A DNA stretch of 39,899 bases, from sequence record MZ234023.1, one strand, 5' to 3'. The translations under genes and the position numbers were made by a program. Within the stretch, counting starts at the first letter, position 1. The number at the start of each line of letters is the position of its first letter. The notes beneath the pieces are model-generated. The model was not told the origin of the DNA and ran no database searches. It saw nothing but the letters and a program-made list of their open reading frames with translations. Shown here piece by piece: positions 18,002 to 28,333 of the stretch. Origin of the DNA: Escherichia phage vB_EcoP-101120B2.

Positions 18002-18177
18002 GTACACAACTTTATATCAACATAGCAAGTGGTCAACTCTACGCTGTGGTAAATGGCGAGCTGTGGTATCGTAAACTCAAGAAGTGGGCCAAGTCCTACT
18101 ACGATGAAGAGACAATATCAACCATGAGTAATCGCTACCGTAAGGCTGCTAAGGTGAACAACTTTAAGATGCGTTAA
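17998..18177 (+). CDS. Hypothetical small protein
   Basis: 59-aa ORF with ATG overlapping the ligase stop. The ORF track extends it to 17959. Confidence 0.45.
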   Translation: MSTQLYINIASGQLYAVVNGELWYRKLKKWAKSYYDEETISTMSNRYRKAAKVNNFKMR

Positions 18178-18181
18178 CGTC

Positions 18182-18215
18182 AACCCAGTGGTCTTAGGAC
18201 TGCTGGGTTTCTTTG
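18182..18215 (+). terminator. Intrinsic terminator, candidate early terminator (TE equivalent)
   Basis: AACCCAGUGG / CUGCUGGGUU stem (~10 bp with G-U pairs), 8-nt loop, followed by TTTCTTTG. Lies at the end of the early/ligase region. Confidence 0.55.
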
Positions 18216-18237
18216 CTTCTGGGCCACCAGCTAGACC

Positions 18238-18259
18238 CTAAGCTATCACTATAGGACAA
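18238..18259 (+). promoter_or_regulatory. Phage RNAP promoter
   Basis: TAAGCTATCACTATAGGACAA. Confidence 0.7.
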
Positions 18260-18285
18260 CCCTAACCGACCAAAGGAGAAACCTT

Positions 18286-18540
18286 ATGTCTAAAAACTTA
18301 ATGTTCAACCGATCTACTCGAAGCTTCCACCTGTCGCATAGCCCATTCAGCTTCCATAAAGCTAATCAACCATTACCCCGCTTTGGTAAGACAGTGGCTC
18401 TGTCTCCAGCAGTTCATGCGCTAGTCACCCGCAAGTCTATGCTGAAGGCTATGGATAAAGAACAAGTTGATGTGCCTGTGGTCATTACAAAATGGCCTCG
18501 CATTAAGCTGGCACTTCTGGTAATTAAGGAGGCGCTCTGA
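18286..18540 (+). CDS. Hypothetical protein
   Basis: 84-aa ORF with AAGGAGA RBS. Confidence 0.5.
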   Translation: MSKNLMFNRSTRSFHLSHSPFSFHKANQPLPRFGKTVALSPAVHALVTRKSMLKAMDKEQVDVPVVITKWPRIKLALLVIKEAL

Positions 18541-18872
18541 TGACATACTGTGATAGCACCACATACTGTGAAGCGTGTAATGGTGACGACCGCTTCCCGC
18601 ACGTTGGTAAACTTGTAGGTAACAAACTACAAGAAATTGATGACGTCCGCAAGCCGTCCCACTATCAGGTCTTTGATAGCGTGGAATCCATTGAGATTAT
18701 CGCACGGTCAATGACTGTGAGTGAGTTCCGTGGGTTCTGCATGGGTAACGTCCTGAAGTATCGACTCCGGGCTGGTAAGAAGTCCGAACTGGCTACTATG
18801 GAGAAGGACCTGAACAAAGCATCCTTCTATCAGAAGCTGTTCGACTTGCATAAAGGTAAGTGCTATGCTTAA
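18540..18872 (+). CDS. Hypothetical protein
   Basis: 110-aa ORF with ATGA overlap to the upstream ORF. Cys-rich N-terminus (CDSTTYCEACNGDD). Confidence 0.55.
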   Translation: MTYCDSTTYCEACNGDDRFPHVGKLVGNKLQEIDDVRKPSHYQVFDSVESIEIIARSMTVSEFRGFCMGNVLKYRLRAGKKSELATMEKDLNKASFYQKLFDLHKGKCYA

Positions 18873-19047
18873 TGATATTGTGTATTACTGTGTAGTATGC
18901 GCCGGAGTTGGAGCACTAATCCTTTTAATATATTGGGCCATAGAGGTGTAATATGGAAAAGCCGAGTGAGTGGTGCGAGCGTAAATTTGAGGAGACAGGT
19001 AACGTCGATTACCTTCAGCTCTACAACTTATGGAAGGAGCGTGGTCT

Positions 19048-19206
19048 ATGACTGACGTAGAGAAGAAGTACATCGTGGAGCTTGAGGGTCGCATTCAGTC
19101 CTTCGAGGTTCCGGTGTACGCAAAGTCTCTTGAAGAGGCTACCCTGAAGTCCCAAGAGTATGAGGACGCTGGGTTTGTGGTCGGACGGATTCGCCCTGAG
19201 ACCTAA
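19048..19206 (+). CDS. gp2-like inhibitor of host RNA polymerase
   Basis: 52-aa ORF (below cutoff) with [25 protein letters not shown]...GFVVGRIRP aligns with recalled T7 Gp2 (SFEVPIYAETLDEA...GFEVTRVRP). Confidence 0.65.
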   Translation: MTDVEKKYIVELEGRIQSFEVPVYAKSLEEATLKSQEYEDAGFVVGRIRPET

Positions 19207-19224
19207 ACTATCACTGTAGGACAG
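19204..19224 (+). promoter_or_regulatory. Phage RNAP promoter (phi2.5 equivalent), one mismatch
   Basis: TAAACTATCACTGTAGGACAG, with TATAGG replaced by TGTAGG. Confidence 0.55.
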
Positions 19225-19263
19225 ACGTCCAGTTCGTAACTTTAAATTAGGAGATTTACACCA

Positions 19264-19962
19264 ATGGCTAAAGAGCAACTGAAGACTTTCACCACTCCGG
19301 TAGCTGGTATCGTTGAGCCTTACGCATGGCTGAACAAAGCAGACACCAAGTTTAATGAACGTGGTGAGCATAAGGTTAACCTGACATTCGACCTGAGCAA
19401 CCCGAAGGTCCGTAAGATGATTGATGTCTTACAGAAGATTCACGACGATGCGTATGCGAAAGCACTCGCAGACCACGAGAAGAACCCACCTCAGGTTCAG
19501 CGTGGCAAGAAGCCTATTGAACCACGAGAGGGCGACATGCCGTGGATTGAGAATGGGGACGGTACTGTTACCATGAAGTTTAAATGCTTTGCGTCTTACC
19601 TGAAAGACGGCAAGTCAGAGCCTATCGTATTACGGTTCTACGACACTGATGCTAAGTTAATCCGTGACGTCCCGAATATTGGCGCTGGCTCCAAACTGAA
19701 GGTCAAGTTCAAAGTCCTGCCGTTCAAGTGGAACGCTGCGACTGGTGCAAGCGTTAAGCTCCAGCTTGAGTCCTGCCGTCTGGTAGAACTGAAGGAGTGG
19801 AAAGGTGATGGTGCTGGTGGTGATGGTGGCTGGGGTGACGATGAAGACCTCGGTACTGGGTACAAAGCGTCAACCGATGGTGACTTCGGGTCTGATGACT
19901 TCGGTGACGATGGTTCCGAAGGTGGTGACGACTCCAGCTCTGGTGGCGATTACGACTTCTAA
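19264..19962 (+). CDS. Single-stranded DNA-binding protein (gp2.5)
   Basis: 232 aa, same length as T7 gp2.5. Shares GSKLKVKF, ASVKLQLES and an acidic C-terminal tail ending in F. Confidence 0.9.
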   Translation: MAKEQLKTFTTPVAGIVEPYAWLNKADTKFNERGEHKVNLTFDLSNPKVRKMIDVLQKIHDDAYAKALADHEKNPPQVQRGKKPIEPREGDMPWIENGDGTVTMKFKCFASYLKDGKSEPIVLRFYDTDAKLIRDVPNIGAGSKLKVKFKVLPFKWNAATGASVKLQLESCRLVELKEWKGDGAGGDGGWGDDEDLGTGYKASTDGDFGSDDFGDDGSEGGDDSSSGGDYDF

Positions 19963-20417
19963 TGGCCCAATGGTCTGCAAAACGGGGGCACTCTGTGGGT
20001 GCCTACCGCTCTGGACTTGAAGCCAAGAACCAGCAGTGGCTGGAACAGAACGGCGTCAAAGCGGAGTACGAAAGCCATTATATCAACTATGTGATTCCGG
20101 CTTCCGACCACAAGTACACACCAGATTTTATCCTTCCCAACGGTATCATCGTGGAGACCAAAGGTATCTTCGATAGTGATGACCGTAAGAAGCACCTTCT
20201 GGTACGAGAACAGCACCCAGAGTTAGACATCCGGTTCGTGTTCTCAAGTTCACGCTCCAAGCTATACAAAGGGTCCCCGACCACGTATGGCGCATGGTGC
20301 GAAAAGAACGGCTTTAAGTTTGCCGACAAGTTTATCCCTGTTGAGTGGCTGCGAGAGGCGACTGTACGTCTGCCTTCAGGTATACTCATTCCCAAGAAGA
20401 AAGGAGTTAAGAAATGA
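19962..20417 (+). CDS. Endonuclease I, Holliday junction resolvase (gp3)
   Basis: YTPDFILPNGIIVETKG, SDDRKKHLLVREQHPELDIRFVFSSSRSKLYKGSPTTYG match recalled T7 gp3. Confidence 0.9.
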   Translation: MAQWSAKRGHSVGAYRSGLEAKNQQWLEQNGVKAEYESHYINYVIPASDHKYTPDFILPNGIIVETKGIFDSDDRKKHLLVREQHPELDIRFVFSSSRSKLYKGSPTTYGAWCEKNGFKFADKFIPVEWLREATVRLPSGILIPKKKGVKK

Positions 20418-20905
20418 GCCAGAAGTTTAAACTGTTAGTAGATATATATGGTTGGCCTCGTGGGACTATCGTTACCAAGTGTAAGAAGGACCCAGCTCCG
20501 TTGCCTACCCTTACCCTAGTTGAGTGCCAGACTCCAGGCAAATACAAACATGGGCCTAACGGCTTCAATACTCAGCCTAAGGGCATGTGGGGAGCATGGA
20601 TTGCTGACAGATATCTTGAGGAAATCAAACCAGAAGAGGAACTCACTGGTGTACAGACCACTCAAGTCCTTCCAGCTTCGAGCGTACCTCCTGTGACAGT
20701 GAAACGCGAAGTCCTGACCATCGACAAGATTGGTGTAGGCCAGACGTTCATCGTCCATGGAAAGCCTGAAGAAGTTTACGTGAAGATTAGCAACTCACAC
20801 GTCTTCAACCATAAGCATCTCCAGATGCACACCACGGACGCACAACGCTTCACCCAGCACCTGAATCTGGTTGTCGTAGAATTGGTGGTGTACAATGGTA
20901 AGTAA
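20414..20905 (+). CDS. Hypothetical protein inserted between genes 3 and 3.5
   Basis: 163-aa ORF with AAAGGAG RBS. ATGA overlap with the gene 3 stop and 11-nt overlap with the lysozyme start. No homolog recognised; T7 has no gene here. Confidence 0.6.
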   Translation: MSQKFKLLVDIYGWPRGTIVTKCKKDPAPLPTLTLVECQTPGKYKHGPNGFNTQPKGMWGAWIADRYLEEIKPEEELTGVQTTQVLPASSVPPVTVKREVLTIDKIGVGQTFIVHGKPEEVYVKISNSHVFNHKHLQMHTTDAQRFTQHLNLVVVELVVYNGK

Positions 20906-21353
20906 GGTACAGTTCAATCCACGGTCCCGGACCGACGCTATCTTCGTTCACTGTTCGGCTACCAAGCCAGAGATGGACATCGGGGTAGAGACCATCCGTA
21001 TGTGGCACAAGCAGCAAGGCTGGCTGGACGTAGGCTACCACTTTATCATCAAGCGCGATGGTACTGTGGAAGAGGGACGCCCTGTCAATGTCGTAGGGTC
21101 ACACGTTAAGGACTGGAACTCACGGTCTGTAGGCGTCTGCCTTGTAGGTGGAATTGACGCTAAGGGCAAGTTTGAAGCTAACTTCACTCCAGCCCAGATG
21201 AACTCCCTGCGCAACAAGCTGGCTGACCTGAAGGACTTGTATCCTCAGGCAGAAATCAAGGCTCACCACGATGTAGCACCAAAGGCTTGCCCAAGTTTCG
21301 ACTTGCAGCGCTGGCTTAACACTAACGAACTGGTCACTTCCGACCGAGGCTAA
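20895..21353 (+). CDS. Lysozyme, N-acetylmuramoyl-L-alanine amidase (gp3.5)
   Basis: AIFVHCSATKP, WLDVGYHFIIKRDGTVEEGR, HHDVAPKACPSFDL and C-terminal ELVTSDRG match recalled T7 gp3.5. Confidence 0.9.
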   Translation: MVSKVQFNPRSRTDAIFVHCSATKPEMDIGVETIRMWHKQQGWLDVGYHFIIKRDGTVEEGRPVNVVGSHVKDWNSRSVGVCLVGGIDAKGKFEANFTPAQMNSLRNKLADLKDLYPQAEIKAHHDVAPKACPSFDLQRWLNTNELVTSDRG

Positions 21354-21367
21354 TAAGGAGAATTAAC

Positions 21368-21580
21368 ATGATTAAACTTATTGAATTTCTGGGTCGTCTG
21401 GTTGTGCGTGGCTATTCTCGTGCTGCGAGTGTGGAACGAAAAGTCGCATCTGCTGCGGCTAAAGGTGCGGAAGCGGCTGCTGCGGAAGCGGATAGTCTGC
21501 GCATCAAGTCTCTGGACGCTGGCCTACGTGCCAAAGGTCTTGACAAGAAAGCCGAGCAACTGAAAGGCTTCTTCAGCTAA
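21368..21580 (+). CDS. Hypothetical protein, Ala/Lys-rich
   Basis: 70-aa ORF with TAAGGAG RBS. Confidence 0.5.
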   Translation: MIKLIEFLGRLVVRGYSRAASVERKVASAAAKGAEAAAAEADSLRIKSLDAGLRAKGLDKKAEQLKGFFS

Positions 21581-21600
21581 ACTATCACCTTAGGGATGAG
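21578..21600 (+). promoter_or_regulatory. Degenerate phage promoter-like sequence
   Basis: TAAACTATCACCTTAGGGATGAG has two mismatches in the CACTATAGG core. Followed by a GGGATGAGACC/GGTCTTGTCCC hairpin and a T-rich run. Confidence 0.3.
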
Positions 21601-21643
21601 ACCACGGGTCTTGTCCCTTTGTTCGCATTTGAGATTAAGAAAT

Positions 21644-21722
21644 GTCTCCATAGCTCAAACGGTAGAGCGGTGGGTCGTGATGGCCTATTGCGATTAGGGT
21701 TCGAATCCCCGTGGAGACGCCA
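21644..21722 (+). tRNA. tRNA-like element with canonical acceptor stem, D-arm and T-arm but ambiguous anticodon arm
   Basis: GTCTCCA pairs perfectly with TGGAGAC, followed by G and CCA. D-arm TAGCTCAAACGGTAGAGC. T-loop GGGTTCGAATCCC. The 26 nt between D-arm and T-arm do not fold by eye into a canonical 5-7-5 anticodon arm with U33. Confidence 0.45.
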
Positions 21723-21733
21723 CTAAGGAGTGA

Positions 21734-23437
<1,704 letters not shown>

Positions 23438-23448
23438 GGAGGAGTACA

Positions 23449-23613
23449 TTGCTAAGAAAACTTAAAGCTCGCTACCATCGGTTCATGTACAAATGGTGGA
23501 GCGATGAAGCAACCTGCCTGTCGAACATTCTGGGAGACCAGCGGTTCAACTCTGAGGCATGGAAGAAAGCTAACCGGAAGTTCATGTATCACTTCTTGCG
23601 TACAGACTTCTAG
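23449..23613 (+). CDS. Hypothetical small basic protein (TTG start inferred)
   Basis: TAAGGAGGAG RBS followed by TTG. The ORF-track ATG at 23416 lies inside gp4 without an RBS. Confidence 0.35.
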   Translation: MLRKLKARYHRFMYKWWSDEATCLSNILGDQRFNSEAWKKANRKFMYHFLRTDF

Positions 23614-23616
23614 GTC

Positions 23617-23658
23617 TAGACTCAAGGTCATTCATAGCGAGTGGCCTTTATGATTAGA
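23617..23658 (+). promoter_or_regulatory. Probable RNase III processing site upstream of DNA polymerase gene
   Basis: AGACTCAAGGTCATTCATAGCGAGTGGCCTTTATGATTAGAC, third copy of the conserved motif. Confidence 0.4.
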
Positions 23659-23677
23659 CTAAAGCGGAGGATTAACC

Positions 23678-25849
23678 ATGTTTGACCTTAAGAGTATCTG
23701 GGGTTCTGACATCGAGACCAACGGTCTCCTTGATACAGTCTCCCAGTTTCACTGTGGGGTCCTGATTAACGCCGAGTCGAATGAGACCCTTAAGTATGGG
23801 GTAGCTCCGATGGTCGGTATCGTCGGCGGCTTCAAAGAGTATGTTCATAAAGTGGAAGAGATTGCCGCATCACCTGATGGTATGCTGGTATTCCATAACG
23901 GTATCAACTATGACGTCCCGGCTATAGACAAGCTGAAGCGTTTGTACTTTGGGAAACGCTTTAACTTCCCGAAACATAAGATGATTGATACCTTGGTGCT
24001 GGGACGCTTGATGTATCCAAACATTAAGTTCTCAGACATGGGCGCGGTGAAAGCTGGTCGTCTGCCACCTAAGATGATGGGACGCCAGTCTCTTGAGGCT
24101 TGGGGCTATCGTCTCGGTGAGATGAAAGGTGAGTACAAACACGATTACGTTGCCAAGTGCAAGGCTGAAGGTATCGAATATAAGGCTGGGGACGAATGGT
24201 TGTTCCCGTCTCAGGAGATGCTGGACTATAACGTTCAAGACGTTGTGGTCACACTGGCGTTGTTCAAGAAGTTCCTGACTGACAAGTATTACTTCCAGTC
24301 TGAACAGTTCGCTTTCGACCAGATTTATGCGTTGCGTCTGGAACATGATGCTGCGTGGACCTGTGCGAAGATGGAGCGTAATGGCTATCCGATGAACACC
24401 GAGATGGTCGAAGGCTTATATCGTGAACTCACTGTCAAACGAGCAGAGTTGCTGGACAAGCTGCGTTCGACTTTCGGTAGCTGGTACGCACCAAAGGGAG
24501 GCAAGGAGTTCTTCAGGCATCCACGGACAGGTAAGGACCTTCCGAAGTATCCGAGGGTCGTGTATCCTAAGGTCGGTGGCATCTTTAAGAAGCCGAAGAA
24601 CAAAGCTCAACGCTTAGGTCTTGAACCTTGTGAACGCGATACGCGAGACACGATGGAAGGAGCACCATTCACGCCAATCACTTACGTTGAGTTTAATCCG
24701 GGAAGCGGAGACCACTTAGCGAAAGTCCTGATGGAGCGTGGCTGGGAGCCTGTTGACTTCACTGACACCGGGAAACCTGTAGTCGATGACGAGACGTTGG
24801 AACACGTTAAGTTACCAGACGCAGAGGCTCAGGCTTGCGTAGAGCTGGTCCGTGAGTATCTGGTAGTCCAGAAGCGCATCGGTCAGGCGGCTGAAGGTAA
24901 GAACGCATGGTTGAAACTTGTAGGTCCAGACGGACGGATGCACGGCTCAATAAACCCATGCGGGGCAGTAACCGGACGTGCGACCCATAGTTCACCAAAC
25001 ATGGCTCAGGTCCCGGCTAACGGTGCTCCATATGGTGAGACTTGCCGTGGTGCTTTCGGTGCAGCGTGGAACAAGAAGGACGGTAAGCCAGACCCTTGGA
25101 TTCAAGTTGGTGTGGATGCCTCAGGTCTTGAGCTTCGTTGTCTTGGGAACAGAGCGGCTCCGTTTGATGGTGGTGCATATGCGAAGACTGTGGTAGAAGG
25201 TGACATCCACTGGGCCAACGCAGTAAACGCTGGGTTAGCACCTAACGTCCAACGCGATAAGTCTAACCACGACCATGAGGCTTTCCGTAACAACGCTAAG
25301 ACGTTCATCTACGCGTTCCTGTATGGTGCAGGGGCCGCTAAGATTGGACTGATAGTAGGCGGTGGTAAGAAGGAAGGTTCAGCGCTCATGAAGAAATTCA
25401 TTGAGGGTACACCAGCTATCAAGGACCTCAGGGAAGCTGTAAGTAATACGTTAATCTCAGACTCTAAGTGGGTGGACGGAGAGAACATCGTTAAATGGAA
25501 ACGCCGTTGGTTGCGTGGACTCGATGGTCGCCGTATACACATACGGTCTCCACACTCAGCACTGAACGCATTACTTCAAGGTGATGGTGCGGTAGTATGT
25601 AAGCACTGGATTGTTGAGACTGAACGTATGCTCGAAGAGGCCGGGTATGTCCACGGCTGGGAAGGAGACTTTGCGTACATGGCATGGGTCCACGACGAAT
25701 TGCAGATTGCAGCTCGGAACATGGAGATTGCCGAAGATATTCGCAGGATTGCTCAACTTGCTATGCGTAAGGTGGGTGAGTTCTATAACTTTAAATGTGT
25801 CCTTGATACTGAAGGTAAGATTGGACCAACTTGGAAGGAGTGTCACTAA
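23678..25849 (+). CDS. DNA polymerase (gp5)
   Basis: 723-aa ORF with GGAGG RBS. Exonuclease motifs (DIETNGL, FHNG..YDVPA), thioredoxin-binding-region-like insert, and polymerase motifs (DASGLELRCL, KTFIYAFLYGAG, YMAWVHDELQ) matching T7 gp5. Confidence 0.95.
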   Translation: MFDLKSIWGSDIETNGLLDTVSQFHCGVLINAESNETLKYGVAPMVGIVGGFKEYVHKVEEIAASPDGMLVFHNGINYDVPAIDKLKRLYFGKRFNFPKHKMIDTLVLGRLMYPNIKFSDMGAVKAGRLPPKMMGRQSLEAWGYRLGEMKGEYKHDYVAKCKAEGIEYKAGDEWLFPSQEMLDYNVQDVVVTLALFKKFLTDKYYFQSEQFAFDQIYALRLEHDAAWTCAKMERNGYPMNTEMVEGLYRELTVKRAELLDKLRSTFGSWYAPKGGKEFFRHPRTGKDLPKYPRVVYPKVGGIFKKPKNKAQRLGLEPCERDTRDTMEGAPFTPITYVEFNPGSGDHLAKVLMERGWEPVDFTDTGKPVVDDETLEHVKLPDAEAQACVELVREYLVVQKRIGQAAEGKNAWLKLVGPDGRMHGSINPCGAVTGRATHSSPNMAQVPANGAPYGETCRGAFGAAWNKKDGKPDPWIQVGVDASGLELRCLGNRAAPFDGGAYAKTVVEGDIHWANAVNAGLAPNVQRDKSNHDHEAFRNNAKTFIYAFLYGAGAAKIGLIVGGGKKEGSALMKKFIEGTPAIKDLREAVSNTLISDSKWVDGENIVKWKRRWLRGLDGRRIHIRSPHSALNALLQGDGAVVCKHWIVETERMLEEAGYVHGWEGDFAYMAWVHDELQIAARNMEIAEDIRRIAQLAMRKVGEFYNFKCVLDTEGKIGPTWKECH

Positions 25850-26133
25850 TGGCTATTACTAAACGTATTCGTGTGAGTTTTGATCTGAAGATGGTTGCTA
25901 ACTCAAAGGAAGAAGATACCATGTGTCGCCAACTGGCTGATATGACTAAAGCCTACGCTGAGGGTGAGAAGCTGGATGGTCTTCAGTTGGCTCTGGTCAA
26001 AACCGCAATCGAGTCAGGCCCTGAGTCTGCCCTTGAAATTGCCCTCAAGAAGACCATCAAGGAGAAGCTGGTAGACGACTTTGGTTATGGCCAGTTCGGA
26101 GTATCTAACCTGCGATTCGAGGTCAAGCAATGA
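25849..26133 (+). CDS. gp5.5-like protein
   Basis: 94-aa ORF from ATG 25849 (TAATG overlap with gp5 stop, GGAAGGAG RBS). N-terminus MAITKRIRVSFDL resembles recalled T7 gp5.5. Confidence 0.55.
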   Translation: MAITKRIRVSFDLKMVANSKEEDTMCRQLADMTKAYAEGEKLDGLQLALVKTAIESGPESALEIALKKTIKEKLVDDFGYGQFGVSNLRFEVKQ

Positions 26134-26339
26134 GTGAATACTTACGGGTCCTAGCGGCCCTTAAGTCCTGCCCGAAGACCTTCCAGTCCAACTATGTGCG
26201 CAACAACGCTGCACTTGTGGCTGAGGCTGCGAGTCGTGGACATCTAAGCTGCCTGTCTATGGATGGGCGTAACAACGGTGCGTGGGAGATTACCGCTGCT
26301 GGCACCAAGTTCCTGAACCAACACGGAGGATGCCTGTGA
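26130..26339 (+). CDS. gp5.7-like protein
   Basis: 69 aa. MSEYLRVLAALKSCPKTFQSNYVRNNAALVAEAASRGHLSC is near-identical to recalled T7 gp5.7. Confidence 0.8.
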   Translation: MSEYLRVLAALKSCPKTFQSNYVRNNAALVAEAASRGHLSCLSMDGRNNGAWEITAAGTKFLNQHGGCL

Positions 26340-27202
26340 GCGAAAAGAAAATAGCTCTGGTGCTAGACGGTGACTACTTAGTGTTCTCTTCTATGGCTGC
26401 TGCCGAGGACGAGACAGACTGGGGTGATGGCATATGGACCCTTATCTGCGACCATGAGAAGGCTCGTCGTATCCTTGAGAACACCATCGCTGAAATCGTT
26501 AAGAAGCGTAAGGCGTGGAAAGACGCTAAGATTGTGATGTGCTTTACTGACGATAACAACTGGCGTAAGGACGTGCTACCTACCTATAAGGCCAATCGTA
26601 AAGGTTCCCGCAAGCCTGTAGGTTACAAGAAGTTCGTAGCCGAAGTGATGGCTGACCCACGGTTCAACAGCTTCCTGCGTCCTACGCTTGAAGGTGATGA
26701 CTGTATGGGCATCATCGGGACCAGACCTCAGATTGTCGGCTGTGACCATGCGGTTCTGGTATCCTGCGATAAGGACTTCAAGACCATCCCGAACTGTGAG
26801 TTCTTCTGGTTAACCACTGGTGAAATCCTGAGTCATACGACTGCTGAGGCAGACTACTGGCACATGGAGCAAACCATCAAGGGTGACACTACAGATGGAT
26901 ACGGTGGCATTCCGGGGATGGGTGAGGACACCACTCGTGCGTTCCTTGACGAGCCGTACTACTTCGTGCAGGAGAGCCGTGAGCTTAAGACTGGTAAGAA
27001 CAAAGGCCAGATTAAGACTGAGTGGAAGAAGTATCCAAAGCGTGAAGACATGACGCTGTGGGACTGCATGGTGACTCTGGCTGCTAAAGCGGGGATGACC
27101 GAGGAGGAACTTCTGGTCCAAGCTCAGGTAGCTCGTATTTGTCGAGCCTCTGACTACGACCCTAAGTCAAAGGAGGTCATCCTGTGGACACCATCCATGT
27201 AA
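26336..27202 (+). CDS. 5'-3' exonuclease (gp6)
   Basis: DGDYLVF, KANRK...KPVGY, SCDKDFKTIPNC, QTIKGDTTDGYGGIPG and TLWDCMVTLAAKAGMTEEE match T7 gp6. Start taken as GTG 26336 (GGAGG 6 nt upstream); ATG 26330 is an alternative. Confidence 0.85.
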   Translation: MSEKKIALVLDGDYLVFSSMAAAEDETDWGDGIWTLICDHEKARRILENTIAEIVKKRKAWKDAKIVMCFTDDNNWRKDVLPTYKANRKGSRKPVGYKKFVAEVMADPRFNSFLRPTLEGDDCMGIIGTRPQIVGCDHAVLVSCDKDFKTIPNCEFFWLTTGEILSHTTAEADYWHMEQTIKGDTTDGYGGIPGMGEDTTRAFLDEPYYFVQESRELKTGKNKGQIKTEWKKYPKREDMTLWDCMVTLAAKAGMTEEELLVQAQVARICRASDYDPKSKEVILWTPSM

Positions 27203-27208
27203 TTTACT

Positions 27209-27233
27209 GGGCCGGACTTCTGGCCCTTTACTG
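27209..27233 (+). terminator. Candidate hairpin/terminator after exonuclease gene
   Basis: GGGCCGG/CTGGCCC 7-bp stem with a 4-nt loop, followed by TTTACTG. Confidence 0.3.
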
Positions 27234-27330
27234 CATGTACAAGTGGTTCGGGTCGAACAACCGCCCTAAACACTGAGTCTAACCGATAGTCATATCCTAT
27301 CAATCCAACAGTCATCCATAGGTGAAATAC

Positions 27331-27352
27331 TAAACTATCACTATAGGGACTT
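27331..27352 (+). promoter_or_regulatory. Phage RNAP promoter (phi6.5 equivalent)
   Basis: TAAACTATCACTATAGGGACTT. Confidence 0.7.
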
Positions 27353-27412
27353 TAGGACCTAAGATATGACTATAAGATAGACTTTAGTCTTAACTTAAAG
27401 AGGAGATTCAAG

Positions 27413-27685
27413 ATGGCGATTAATGCTATTGAAAACGTTGTTAAGCAGTTACAGGAAGAAAGACTTGATGTCCCTAACATCTCCCAGTCTGCCATCCAGT
27501 TCCTGCACGTACTGTTCAACGCAAGCTACGCTGAGAAGATGGGAGCTATCAGTCTCCTCAAGCAGCAGGGCTACAGCGATGCGTTCATTGCTGGGTTCAT
27601 CAAGGGTCTCCAGTATTGTTCTGACACTCTCGACTCTGCGATTGCTATGCGTCGTGAGCTGAAAGATACCGTTCAGTTCGATTAA
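27413..27685 (+). CDS. Hypothetical protein (gene 6.5 position)
   Basis: 90-aa ORF with AAGAGGAG RBS. Confidence 0.55.
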   Translation: MAINAIENVVKQLQEERLDVPNISQSAIQFLHVLFNASYAEKMGAISLLKQQGYSDAFIAGFIKGLQYCSDTLDSAIAMRRELKDTVQFD

Positions 27686-27699
27686 CTGTAGGAGGGACT

Positions 27700-27924
27700 A
27701 TGTGTTTCAGTCCAAAGATTAGCACTCCGAAGCCTTCGGTCCAAGCACCTGAACCAGCACCTCTGAGTGAGGAAGTTGCGTCAGTTGACATCGGGGCTGA
27801 ATCGGATGTGGACACCAACGAGACCAAAGGTATCAAAGACCTGAAGGTCAAGAAGGAGTCTGCACCTAAAGATAAATCGTCAGTGAGTCGCGCCATGCGA
27901 GCCTCTGGCGTAAACATGGGGTAA
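27700..27924 (+). CDS. gp6.7-like virion protein
   Basis: Product begins MCFSPKISTPKP, as recalled T7 gp6.7 (MCFSPKIKTPK) does. GGAGGG RBS. Confidence 0.75.
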   Translation: MCFSPKISTPKPSVQAPEPAPLSEEVASVDIGAESDVDTNETKGIKDLKVKKESAPKDKSSVSRAMRASGVNMG

Positions 27925-27928
27925 GACA

Positions 27929-28333
27929 ATGCTACCATATCTCAACTCACGCGAAGGTCGCCACATGTGCGCCTGTCGCCTCTGGGAAGACGGGCAGTAT
28001 AACTTCAAGTCATTCGAGGACTTCAAGGCTCATACTTACCGTATGGCTGACGAGTTCGAAGGTGAAGAGTACACAATCTACGATGTCTCAGGTCAACCAG
28101 TAGCGTATCTCTACATGCTGGCTACCGCATCTTGGCACCGACCGACTCCCGGTCTTGACCTTTCAATCGTCGCTATTCGTAGTGACTCTCAGTCCTCCCG
28201 CAAGGTTCTTGAGACTGTCAGGCACATCATAAACGAAGAATGCAAGCGTTGGGGTCTTGGCTGGTATTCTCGTGTCAAGCATGTTTCCGGGTCGGTAGAC
28301 ATCGTAACAACTAAGGAGATTAACCGTGGGTAA
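27929..28333 (+). CDS. Hypothetical protein (gene 7 position)
   Basis: 134-aa ORF at the gene 7 position. Confidence 0.55.
   Translation: MLPYLNSREGRHMCACRLWEDGQYNFKSFEDFKAHTYRMADEFEGEEYTIYDVSGQPVAYLYMLATASWHRPTPGLDLSIVAIRSDSQSSRKVLETVRHIINEECKRWGLGWYSRVKHVSGSVDIVTTKEINRG

Noticed and set aside
21644-21722. tRNA-like element considered as an integration (att) site or prophage boundary
   Set aside because: No integrase, excisionase or repressor gene anywhere in the window. The gene content is that of a strictly lytic T7-like phage.
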